Shown here in pieces: positions 1 to 11,300 of a DNA stretch of 64,000 bases. This DNA comes from Chiloscyllium plagiosum (Eukaryota). The position numbers and the translations under genes were made by a program. Below the pieces are notes generated by a model. The model made no database searches, had not been told where the DNA came from, and saw only the letters and a program-made list of their open reading frames with translations. The stretch lies in contig NC_057719.1 of assembly GCF_004010195.1 (NCBI RefSeq), positions 23,961,629 to 24,025,628 on the forward strand, written 5' to 3'. Every line of letters begins with the position of its first letter. Position 1 is the first letter of the stretch.

Positions 1-528
1 TGTTGGGATTAAAGTTCCAATAATGTCACTAACAAACCTTGTGAAGCTATGCTGCAGTGTTCCATAGTATTGATTGTACTCTTTTAAAATTCATGACTAC
101 TTGCATAAGAGTGAAATTTATAACAATTGTTAAAAAGGAACTATGATCTAAAGAACAGATGGAATGTATAACTTTAGTCAATTAATTGTATTTGTACACA
201 CTGAACACTCGACATCCAATGATAAATCCAATTAAAGTCATCAATCGCTAGGAATTGACAATCCATTTTCAATGTCAATGAAGTGGTGGAGAATTGTGCT
301 CCTCTCTTCTAAGACCCGATCCTATTTCACTGACTTGAGGTATCCTTTTGCTCCACCTCTACATTGTCAGGTCCTACCTCTAATGGTGAGGTTACTGCTC
401 TTTCAGACCAATAGGATTTCCTATTGGCCCACCATGATTCCAAAGTTTGGGTTTTCATCCAAAAAGAAATTAAAATTTCAGCCATCCTGTCTTAAAAGTT
501 GATTATGTTTCAAATTTTAAATTAAACC

Positions 529-756
529 TGTAGTAGTTAGAATGAGGTCAGCCAGGTGGACCTCATAGAGTATGAGTTCCCTGATTGGGGCTGTGAATCT
601 GGTCCAACAGAGGGAGCCCTAGCAGTCAGATACAAACAGAAGTTCTGCTCACTCTCGGAGCCAGCCGTGAGCTAGCTGGGTCAGTGTTATGTACTATGTT
701 CAAGCAAATAAATAGTGACTTGGTGACAGGATACCAGCCTACATGGAGTTATTTCA
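529..756 (+). mobile_element. Solo LTR of a Gypsy-type retrotransposon
   Basis: TG...CA termini, internal AATAAA, flanks AAACC/AAGCC (5-bp TSD with one mismatch); homologous to the LTR at 22476-22712, which is followed by a PBS and gag. Confidence 0.75.
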
Positions 757-999
757 AAGCCAATGATACCCTTTGGATAAACTTGATTAACTGAGACATA
801 GACTTTTACACTTCAATTTAGTTCCAGTGAGGTGATGCTCCCAAATGTTGAATCAACCGATTTTCACAGCTTTAATTCTAGTTCTTTTATTGAAATTGTT
901 GCTGATCAATTTACTTGTGGCTGTCTAAGAACTTTGTCCTGGGTAGGAAGTTATAAATTATCACTGTTATCTGAGGACATAGATTGAAACATGTTTACA

Positions 1000-1285
1000 G
1001 CAGAGGTTTTAGATTTTACTCCACCCCAGGACCTGAGCACACAAGACTGATACCCCCCGCAGTACTGAAGGAACACTTCACTATTGGAGTTGTCAACTCT
1101 ATGTTAAGAAAGTAAATTGAGGTCATGTCTGCCACATGATAGATCCCATGCCACTGTTTCAAAAATGAGTAAGGGAATATTATACCCAGTGCTTTGGCCT
1201 ATGTAGCTTCTCAAAAACAGATTATCTCGATATTTTTGTATTGTTTTTAGTGCAAACTTGCTTTGCATAAATTGACCGCTGCATT
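1000..1285 (+). mobile_element. Decayed Deu-type SINE fragment
   Basis: Similar to 27356-27790 (gcagtactgaagg...agatcccatg...gcataaattgac). Confidence 0.5.
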
Positions 1286-1466
1286 GGCTAATTCACCACT
1301 ATCTCAGCATGTCTCAGTATAGACCTATGTGCTGATACAGCTGAGTAGCTGAACTCCGAGGTGCAAAGGCAGGCAGACCTGGCATAAAGTGCAGAGAAAC
1401 TAATGTAGGCTAAAACACTTGGGTATAAAGAATTAGATTTGATAAAAGTTTGTGAGAAGATTTGTA

Positions 1467-1867
1467 GCTCGTGTGCTCGTTGTTGTGGTTCTGTTCGCCG
1501 AGTTGGAAATTTGTGTTGCAGACGTTTCGTCCCCTGTCTAGGTGACATCCTCAGTGCTTGGGAGCCTCCTGTGAAGTGCTTCTGTGTTGTTTCCTCCGGC
1601 ATTTATAGTGGTTTGTCTCTGTCACTTCCGGTTGTCAGTTCCAGCTGTCTGCTGCAGTGGCCAGTATATTGGGTCCAGGTCGATGTGTTTGTTGATAGAA
1701 TCTGTGGATAAGTGCCATGCCTCTAGGAATTCCCTGGCTGTTCTCTGTTTGGCTTGTTCTATAATAGTAGTGTTGTCCCAGTCGAACTCATGTTGCTTGT
1801 CATCTATGTGTGTGGCTACTAAGGATAGCTGGTCGTGTCGTTTTGTGGCTAGTTGGTGTTCATGGAT
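1467..1867 (-). mobile_element. Penelope-like element 3' fragment (GIY-YIG endonuclease C-terminus plus pLTR with hammerhead motif)
   Basis: Minus-strand translation HEHQLATKRHDQLSLVATH...HEFDWDNTTII...REFLEAWH; hammerhead core at 1554-1521. Confidence 0.75.
1517..1558 (-). ncRNA. Minimal hammerhead ribozyme motif in PLE terminus
   Basis: gca-CUGAGGA-u-gucaccu-agac-aggggac-GAAAC-GUC-ugc: complete core, stem II, 3-bp stem I and palindromic ACGU stem III. Confidence 0.7.
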
Positions 1868-2539
1868 ACTTGAGTCCAGATTCGATAGAACCGCAAATGG
1901 TCAGTCGGCACTCCAGCAGTAAGTTCAATCTTTAACAGGAAAATGTAGAAACACGTACTTGGACAATACAAAACCCAGGCTATGAGGCTACTAAATTAAA
2001 ATAGGAGCACTTACCAGTATAACTGACATACTGCTGGAGCTGCAAATAGATCAGCTGAAAAGTTTAAATAGGGCCATTAATTTAATTTATGGCAATGTTG
2101 GGAACAATGGAAACAAATTTAAGCATCATATATCTACTGAAGAAGAAGATTTAAGATGACAAAGTTGGGAAAAAAGATTTAAAGATCAGAACATATTTTA
2201 ATCATGAGAAGAGTGTGACCACGGATTTTGTCAGAGGGACAAGGTGCAAGTCACCCCAAGAAGAAAAGGAAAGGGCAGAAACCCTCCATTTTGTTCAAAT
2301 GGTGAGAAACCTTCCAGGAAGAATCAAAAAAATGAATCCTCCATGATCCCAGGAAGGTTATACACAAACATTTTCTTAAGAGAATTTACAAGTTTTAAAA
2401 TCATAAAAATCTAAAATGTAGAAGCAGGCTATTTGGCCCATCGAGTCCACACCAAAGCTCTGGGGAGCATCCCATGAGACCACCGTGCCACCCAACAATG
2501 TTTAAAAGAACTAGAACAAACAAGGCAAAGGACTACATG

Positions 2540-3225
2540 ATGGACAGTAGGATCCTAGGCACCACTAAGGATCAGAAAGACCTTAGTGTGCATGTCCACC
2601 AGACCCTTCAGACAGTACAGGGGGTGTAAACAAAAGTGGTAAGAAAGGCATTAAGGATATGCCTTTATTAGGCATGGCATAGAGTTGTCAAGGGCAGAGA
2701 GGTGATGCTGGAATTGTATAAAGTATTGGTTAGGCCACAGCTAGAGTACTGTGAGCATTTGTGAAACACACATTATAGGAGGATTGCCATTGCATTGGAG
2801 AGGATACAGAGGAGATATACCAGGTTGTTGCTTGGGGTGGAGATGTTTAGTTATGAAGAAAGATTGGATAGACTGGGGTTCCTTGGAGCAGAAGAGATTG
2901 AGGGGAATGCAATTCAAGTGTATAAAATTATGAGAGGCAGAGACAAGGTGGACAGATCAATTACTGAGAGGCCTTGATTTAAGGTAATATGCAAGATGTT
3001 TAGAGGGGATTTGAGAACTTTCTTTTCACTCAGAGGGTAGTGGGAATCTGGAACTCATGGCCTGTAAGGGTGGAGGAGGCAGAAAACCTTATAAAATTTC
3101 AGAAGTATTTAGATGTGCGCTTGTAATGCCAAGGCATACAAGGCTATAGGTCGAGTGCTGGAAAAATAAGTGACCAGTGTAAACTCAATGAGTTGAAGAG
3201 CCTTCTTCTACAACTCTATGACTGA
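2540..3225 (+). mobile_element. CR1 LINE 3' fragment
   Basis: ORF2 C-terminal motif ERIQRRYTRLL...SYEERLDRLG...VYKIMRG; ctctatgact tail. Confidence 0.8.
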
Positions 3226-3377
3226 CTACATTCTAATGTAATTCACTGTCTGTAAAACATTTTAGGACATTTTTAGAACATGAAAGGCATTATATAAATG
3301 CAAGTATTTCTTCTTTTAAACTTTCAAACATTTTCATTGCCTTGTTTAACAATTCCAAAATTGTGGGCAAGCTTATT

Positions 3378-3872
3378 ATAGAGTCATAGAGCTTCACAGC
3401 ATGGTAACAGACCCTTCGGTTCAATATGTCCATGCTGACCAGATATCCTAAGTTAATCTAGTCCTGTTTACCAACATTTGGCCCATATCGCCTCTAAATC
3501 TTTCCTATTCATGTACCCATCCAGATGCCCTTTAAATGTTGTAATTGTACAAATCTCCACCACTTCCTCTAACAGCTCATTCTATTCCCTGGCTTGCAAC
3601 TTTAAATGTTTAATTATGAGATTTTCACGCAGATGGTGGTGCATGTATGGAATGAGCTGCCAGAGGAAGTGGTGGAGGCTGGTATAATTACAACATTTAA
3701 AAGTCATCTGGAAGGGTACTGTATATGAATAGGAAGGGTTTAGAGGGATATGGGCCAAGTGCTAGCAAATGGGACTAGATTAGGTTAGGATCAGCAGGTT
3801 TGTTAGGTTTGGTCGGCATGGACAAGTTGGACCGTAGGCTGTGTTTTCATTTTGTACATCTCTATGGCTCTA
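3378..3872. mobile_element. Two CR1 3' ends in opposite orientation (minus 3378-3585, plus ~3620-3872)
   Basis: atagagtcatagag tail on the left, ctctatggctcta tail on the right; arms are mutually complementary. Confidence 0.75.
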
Positions 3873-4325
3873 TTTAAGTACATCTAATTATGGTAAATGT
3901 AATATTCCTTCATTAAATAACAATGAGATTTTGTTTACATGAAAGTCTGTTTATTTTAAGCTCCATGTTCAAAATTCAAAAAAGATCAACTTTGGAGTTG
4001 TGTATGTATTTAAAATAAATTGCAATGATAAGGCTGCATGTTAATTAACAACTATAGACTTCTGATTTAAAAAAAAGGTAAGTTAACAATAGAACTTTAA
4101 CATTATCTATCAATGTGATTTGCAATTTCTTCAAAACATCATGGCCTGGGGAAGTCAATGCATAACAAAGAAGGAAATAAATAGGAACAAGCTGCTTCTA
4201 TGCAAAATGTAATGCATGAAATTAAAGTTAAAAAATGTTTTTTTGGGTGTTTTTTTAGCTGCAAAGTTGTAAGAAATGTATTTATAATGCAAATAATCGT
4301 AAAGCAATGATATCTGCCAAACTGA

Positions 4326-4429
4326 AGGTCAGTTTACTGATTAATTTGTAACTGAGCTGTTTGCATTTGCTGCAGTATAAATTGACATTTAACACAAAGG
4401 ACCATGTATGAGCAAGGAGAAAGGTGAGT
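4326..4429 (+). promoter_or_regulatory. Putative liver-type promoter and short first exon of the SERPINA1-like gene
   Basis: AGGTCA 4326-4331, HNF1-like TTTACTGATTAAT ~4333-4345, FOXA-type TGTTTGC 4358-4364, TATAAA 4376-4381, consensus donor AAG|GTGAGT at 4424, 243 nt before the coding exon. Confidence 0.6.
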
Positions 4430-4673
4430 ACGAACAGCCTGCTTCACTTTAGGTAGGACTCTGAAAGTTGTTTAATAAGATGTTAACAGTAAATTTATTT
4501 ATTTTAGAAGTTAAATTGGCAGTATTCAAATCTCTGTCGATCTCAGCTTGCAGGATGCACTAAGTAAGCATTACTAAACTAGTACAGAATCTGAGTCAGA
4601 TGAGGGTTGTTCAGGATTTGAATAATCTGAAAGCATTACAATACAAATTGGTTCTTTGTTTTGCAGGCTCAAG

Positions 4674-5307
4674 ATGGAAAAGCTGATCCCAGTTGCTTTG
4701 CTCCTACTCACTGTGTTTGGCAGTGGAGTGGTCAGTCTCACTGAAAAATCTGCCATACCAAAGGAAAACAATCCAGTTATACAATTATCTATCCTCAGAC
4801 TTTCAGCTGCAAATTTAGATTTTGCCTTACGTCTCTACAGACAGATTGCTTCACAGCCACGCTCAGCTGCCAAGAATATTTTCTTCTCTCCAGTTAGTGT
4901 CTCTGCAGCACTTAGCATGCTTTCCTTGGGTGCAAGAGATAACACAGTCAACCAGCTTCTACGTGTTCTTGGGTACAGTGATATGTCCCAAAATGATGCA
5001 GCAGAAGTGCATGAAGCATACAAATACCTTCTGCAAAAGCTAACCAGAGAAAATAGTGAACTGAATTTAACAATGGGCAATTCTTTGCACATCCAGCAGG
5101 AATTTGTTGTTAAACAGAAATTCCTTGAGGATGCAAAGCAGTTTTATAAGGCAGAGGTAATGGATGTTAATTTCAAAGAACCAGAGAATGCAAAAGGACA
5201 GATCAATGCATACATAAACAAGAAAACATCTGGTGAAATTCAAGATTTTGTTAAAACCCTTGATCGATCAACTGTGATGATGCTTCTCAATTATGTCTTG
5301 TTCAAAG
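4674..5307 (+). CDS. SERPINA1: SERPINA1-like coding exon 1 (signal peptide to ...NYVLFKG)
   Basis: Acceptor tttgttttgcAG ends 4666; ATG at 4674 (aagATGg); donor G|GTAAAA at 5308, phase 1. Confidence 0.93.
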
Positions 5308-8300
5308 GTAAAACATTTTTAAAAATTATACATCTGCCTTCAAACATTTGGACCATAAAAGAGGTATGCAGCAACCATATCTTGAGTAGGAAAATTTCTG
5401 AATTACTTATTTTGCTTCAGAAAATTCATGTTGGAGTGCAGTAATTTGATGATTGGCAATATATAGGAAAGTTAAAACACATTAAGGTGCTGTGAGACAT
5501 TAATTGGCAAAGCAATTTACTTATTTCATCTAAACATCTAAGAGACTGATCCATAGCAAATTAATTTTGTTTTCATCAGTCGGGTTGCTTGATTGCAGGA
5601 TGAAAATCTTGCTTCCTATCAGCAAATCTCTTTATTGCATAAGTTGAATAACACTTTTTTTCTACTTTCTGATTGATCTCCTTCACTTATGTTCTGCTCC
5701 TCTCCATGATTTCCCATCCACTGTTTCTACCTCTTGTGCTGCTGTTTTTTTATCCGACTACCTATCCAGTTTGCAAGTGGAGAGACACTATGAATAACAG
5801 AGATGGCCAGCTAATCTTTTGTTTTTAGAAAGTGATTGATTATAGGGTAGTTCCCCCACATTAGGGGAGGAATCAATCTAGGACCACAATCTAGCAGAAT
5901 ATGGAGGCCAGGTAACCTAGGGGATGGAGAGTACAGAGAGCAATAAGGTGAGAACCGAAGTCAATAAATTAATCATAAGTATGAATGTGCATTATATTTT
6001 GATATCAACGCATGATGGAAATATTGTGGCAGAGTGAGAGACACATCATGATGCCCGAAATAAGGGTAATATGAACAGAATATCGAGAATTTGTTCAACT
6101 ATTACAGCTAGATTTGACTTGTGTGGCATTCCACCAATTACAGGTTCAATCCCCTTCCCCTTATCCAAATTCAGTCTTCTATTAGATAGCTAGTTCTGTA
6201 AACATGCACACAACCCTCGGCCTCAAAGGCGCTTAGCTTATTACTTAGCTTTATGCACTGCAACTTTGCAAACATATTTTTGAAATCTAAACATATTGCA
6301 TTTGCTGATTCCCTTTATCTATCCCAGTTGTTACCTACTCAAAGAATTCTGACACATTTGTCAGGTTGTTTTCTCCTGCATGAAACAAGACTGACTCTGC
6401 TTGATTATATTTTGCATCTCTAAATATTTTGTTATTGCATCCTTCAAAATAGCCTCTAACATTTTCCCAAAGACAGATGTTATGCTTACTGGCCTACAGT
6501 TGCCTGTGTTTTTTTTTGTCTACATCCCTTTTTAAATAAGAGTGTTACATTAACAGCTTTCCAATCTTCTGGGACTTCCCAGAATTAAAGATTCTTGGGA
6601 AATTATGATCAATGCATGCACCCTCTCTGTTACTTCTTTTAATGTTCTATGATACAACCGATCAGGTCAGGGGACTTATTAACCTTTAACCCCAGTAGTA
6701 TCACTTGTACTTTCTCTCTGAGTTATTCAATATTTTTCTTCACACACTTTTTGCCTTGATTATTCAATATTTTTGGAATGCTGTTGGCATCCTCTATCAT
6801 TAGGAACAGAGTTCCAGGGTTTTGATTTTGATATAATTCTCTAGATGCTACTATAATAATAACTGAAGAGGAGGAGTGAACAGGCATATAGAGATAGGTT
6901 GAGGAAATGGCAGTATGTGAACTGGAGAGCCAGCATGAACGTGATGGTTCAAATGGCCTTCTTCTTCAATGTTGTTAATCTATGCTGAAAGATTATTATT
7001 GCTTTAACTCTACCTTAGGAGATGAGCGGCCTGTAATGTGATAAATTGAAGAAAATGTTTCAAATGAAATGAAGTTTCACCCTTTGTGCCTGTTTTCACA
7101 TTGATTATCAGGAGTGGTGATGAAAGTTTCATCTGTTCCTTGGATATAAAGATCCAAAGTCAAATTATTTGATTTCATTCTTGAAAGGTGCAGGTCTACA
7201 CACAAATCTGCCCATCACTCAGTGCAACTTAATAACAGCTTCACCCAAAAATGGCAGAGAATGTTGTTTTGGGAACAGTTCATTTTGAAATATTGGTGAA
7301 AAGATGCAAGTTCACTGGAACTGACTAATGGGCCAACATTGGAATTTGCTTTGTGCAAGAAGTGCCTTCCTGAAGCAATCTGAAGTTAGCTTCATCACAA
7401 ATGCAAGAAGAGATAATATGCATAGAGTCAGAGAGTCATAGAGATGTACAGCATGGATACAGACCCTTCGGTCCAACATGTCCATGCCGACCAGATATCC
7501 CAACCCAATCTAGTCCCACCTGCCAGCATCCGGTCCATATCCCTCCAAACCCTTCCTGTTCATAAACCCATCCAAATGCCTCTTAAATGTTGCAATTGTA
7601 CCAGCCTCCACCACTTCCTCTGGCAGCTCATTCCATACACGTACCACCCTCTGCATGAAACAGTTGCCTGTTAGATCTTTTTTATATCTTGCCCCTTTCA
7701 CCCTAAACCTATGCCCTCTTGTTCTGGACTCCCCGACCCCAGGGAAAAGACTTTGTCTATTTATCCTATCCATGCCCCTCATGATTTTATAAACCTCTAT
7801 CAGGTCACCCCTCAGCCTCCGACGCTCCAGGGAAAACAGCCCCAGCCTTTTCAGCCTCTGCCTATTGCTCAAATCCTCTAACCCTGGCAACATCCTTGTA
7901 AATCTTTTCTGAAACCTTTCAAGTTTCACAACATACCAAACTGTTAGCTTTTTGGAGTGAAATTGCCATTCTTTTAAGGTCCCAATTTTGAGACATGTTG
8001 ATATCTCTCACCAGCACTTAATTTCTCTTCCAGCAAAAAAGTGAGACAACCCATCATCTGAACAACTTCAGCTGGGTTCAAGCCCAGGTGTCACTGATGT
8101 TCAAACCCATTGAACCAATTATTGCTTCTATTTGTTTTATTTATACATTTTTGTGGGCTTCACGACTACATTTAGTTTAATCTGAATAACTGATGCTTTG
8201 ATAAATCCGGCAGTACAGGAATTACTCAGCAGGTCTTGTCACATCTATGACAGAGAAACCAAATTAATGCTCCATAGGAAAAGTTAGAACAAGTGGGAGA

Positions 8301-11300
8301 AATTTGGGACAATAAAGGGGGAATCTGTAAGAGAGTGGAGGACAGGAGAGAATAAATGACAAAAGGCTTCATGGTGCAAGGCAGAAGGGGGTGGTAATGG
8401 GACAAGTGAATAAACAAAAGGTTTGTCGAGAGGAAGTGGGAGTTGTAGGATGCTTAATGGCTGTTAACTGAAAGAAAAGTAACATAAGAGAGAAACAAGA
8501 AAGCGTTTAAATGATATAAGATATAGCATTGGGGCAGAAGTTAGGCCTGAAAGTGTTGAATTCAGTGTTGAGTGCAGAAGACTGTAAAATGTTTGGTTGA
8601 AAGCTGAGGTGCTGTTGCTCAAAGTAGTGTCAGCATTACTGCATGGTAACAGTTCAAGGACAATGAGATTAGAAGGAATAATAAGGTACTGGGATAAAAT
8701 GACTGGTGACCTGAAGATTAGGATTGTTTTTACCAACTGATGGATGTACTTTTTAAAATGTATTCATGAAATGTAGATATTGCTAACAAAATCAACATTT
8801 GTTACCCATTCCTAATTGCCCCTTCCTGAACTACTAGTGTCCAACTGGTTTAGATAAATCGACAGTGCTGTTAGAGCGGGCTGTTTCATTGTCTGCCGTG
8901 ACTGGATGTGGTAAGACTGCAGGTTTTTGGTCTGGTCCATCAGTTATGAAATTGCTTGGTTCTGTTCATCACCTGCTGCTTATGCTGTTTGTATGCATGT
9001 AGTCTTTGCTTATGTGTTACTTGATGTGATGAATCGTCATAAGATCAGGAATTAATATTGACAACTCCCAATGTACCTCCCTCCTGACTGAATACCACTC
9101 TCCTAGATGGTGTTGTCTGGAATGCTGTGTATAAGGTAGGACTCCATGAGTATGACTATGTCAAGCTGTTGCTTAACCAGTCTGTGAGACAGCTCTCCCA
9201 GTTATGGCACTAGCCTGCAGACATTAGTAAGGAGGGTTTTGCAGATTCAACAGGGCTGTGTTTGCCCATATCCATGTCAGGTGCTCTGTCTGGTTTCATA
9301 TCTTTTGTTTAGGCTTTCTTATGCAATTGAATGGCTTCCTGGCAATTTCAGAGAGCAGTTAAGTGTCAACCACATGTAAGCCATTTAATGGTAGCAGATT
9401 TCCTTCCCTAAAGGACATTAGTGAACCAGATGCATTTTATGACAATCAAAAGTGGTTTCATCACCATCATTAGGTTTCCAAGGCCAGATTTGTATTGAAT
9501 TCAAATTCCCTGGTGGGGATTTGAACCCAGATCCCAGCTTTTCTACTTTCCAGTTTTAGAATTTCTACTTCAGTGACTGCACGACTGCACTATCACCTGC
9601 TGTTAGCTGATTAATATCCAAGGTACTTTATTAATGACCTTTCAACTATGTTACTTAATGCTATCTCCTCATTGCTGACTGAGTTAACCATCCCTCAAAC
9701 CCCCGCTGCTATTTTCCTAGGTTTTATCAATTTAAAAAGTTGAGAATATTTTGAAGAAAATATAAGGGGCATTTTTCGAGTTGACAAAATGATATGTAAC
9801 TCATTAGAATCTAAGGCTCCCAAAATGATTGTGACAGTTAAGTTAATATGAATGCATTAAACTTGTATTGATTTTTATACAATGGAGAGTAAACATCTTT
9901 TATCAATATTGATGAAATTATGTGGTGTATGTTCAGATGGATTCACAGTCTCATGATCTCTATCTGTTTCCTGTAGGTAGTTGGATGAAACCTTTTGATC
10001 CCACAGCAACGTATGAAGCCGACTTCCACGTAGATAACACAACAACAGTGAGAGTTCAAATGATGAAGAGGCTGGGGATGTATTACTCTGGTTATGATCA
10101 GCAAATTTCCAGTTATGTGGTTAGCATTCCATATCATGGAAATGCATCCTTGGTGCTGATTCTACCAGCCCCAGGAAAATTGGCAGAAGTCGAACAAAAT
10201 CTGACCATTAGCCATTTTCAAAACTTTTTTTTCTCATTACCGTTTAGGTACGTTCAGTGAAATCAAGTTATATTCATTTTTGTCTGACAATATAGTGGTG
10301 TTTATTATTTATTTTCTTTTAAAAATGTAAAAAAAATTCTAATCTTACAACACATCTAGTTGTCATAGAATCCGTATAGTATGGAAACACACTTTTCAGC
10401 CCAACAAGTCCACACCAACCCTCCGAGGAGTAACCCACCCAGATACGTCCCCTTACCCTATATTTACCCCTGACTAATGCACCGAACCTACATATCCCTG
10501 AATACTATGGGCAATTTAGCATAGCCAATTCACGCAACCTACACATCTTTGGATTGTGGGAGGATACCAGAGCACCCAGAGGAAACCCATGCAGTTACAG
10601 GGAGAATGTGCAAACTCCACACAGGCAGAGGCTGGAATCGAACCCGTGTTCCTGGCACTGTGAGGGAGCAGTGCTAACCACTGAGCCACTATGCAGCCCC
10701 TGTTATCAGCTCCCTTTAGATTTCATTGCCCTAGTGTTCCTTGTCACCTCTTTCCACTAGCCTAAAGCTTGGCTTTAGCGTATACCTTCTGTAGCATGTG
10801 CAGCAGCAACTTGCTAAACTTTCATTGGATGATGATTCCAAACTCACTAACTGCATCCCAAAGAAAAACAAGGGCAGTAAATGCAGAGGAACAGCATCTT
10901 CTCCATGCTGCACACCACCCTAACTTGGATGTACACAGTGGTTCTTTAATTGTTGCTGGTCAAAATAATATAATTCTGTACCTAAAAGCATTCTGAGAGC
11001 ATTTTTGCCACATAAATAGCAATGAGGAGTTCAAGAAGAGCACATTCTCAAAGCCATCAGGGAATAGACAAAAAAACAGGAATAAACATTGGCCTTGCCA
11101 GTGACCCCTATTTCTTGGGAATTAGTGTATTCTTAAAGGACTTAATTCCTTTGACAAAACCCATGACCAGTGATACAGGATTTCCTAGGAGACAATAGTA
11201 CTTGTTAGCAAGTGATGGACAAAAATATTCATTAGCAAGTGATTGCTGACAAATCCTTTAAAAGCATGTTATTATTTTCCTCAAAACAAACAACGTTTTT

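Noticed and set aside
5308..5444. C-terminal extensions of serpin ORFs in the ORF track (also 10248-10260, 61424-61458, 63173-63299)
   Set aside because: Read-through into introns beyond canonical donors at conserved SERPINA intron positions
9977..9980. Alternative acceptor AG at 9979-9980
   Set aside because: It would shift the frame by 4 nt and destroy the KGSW motif
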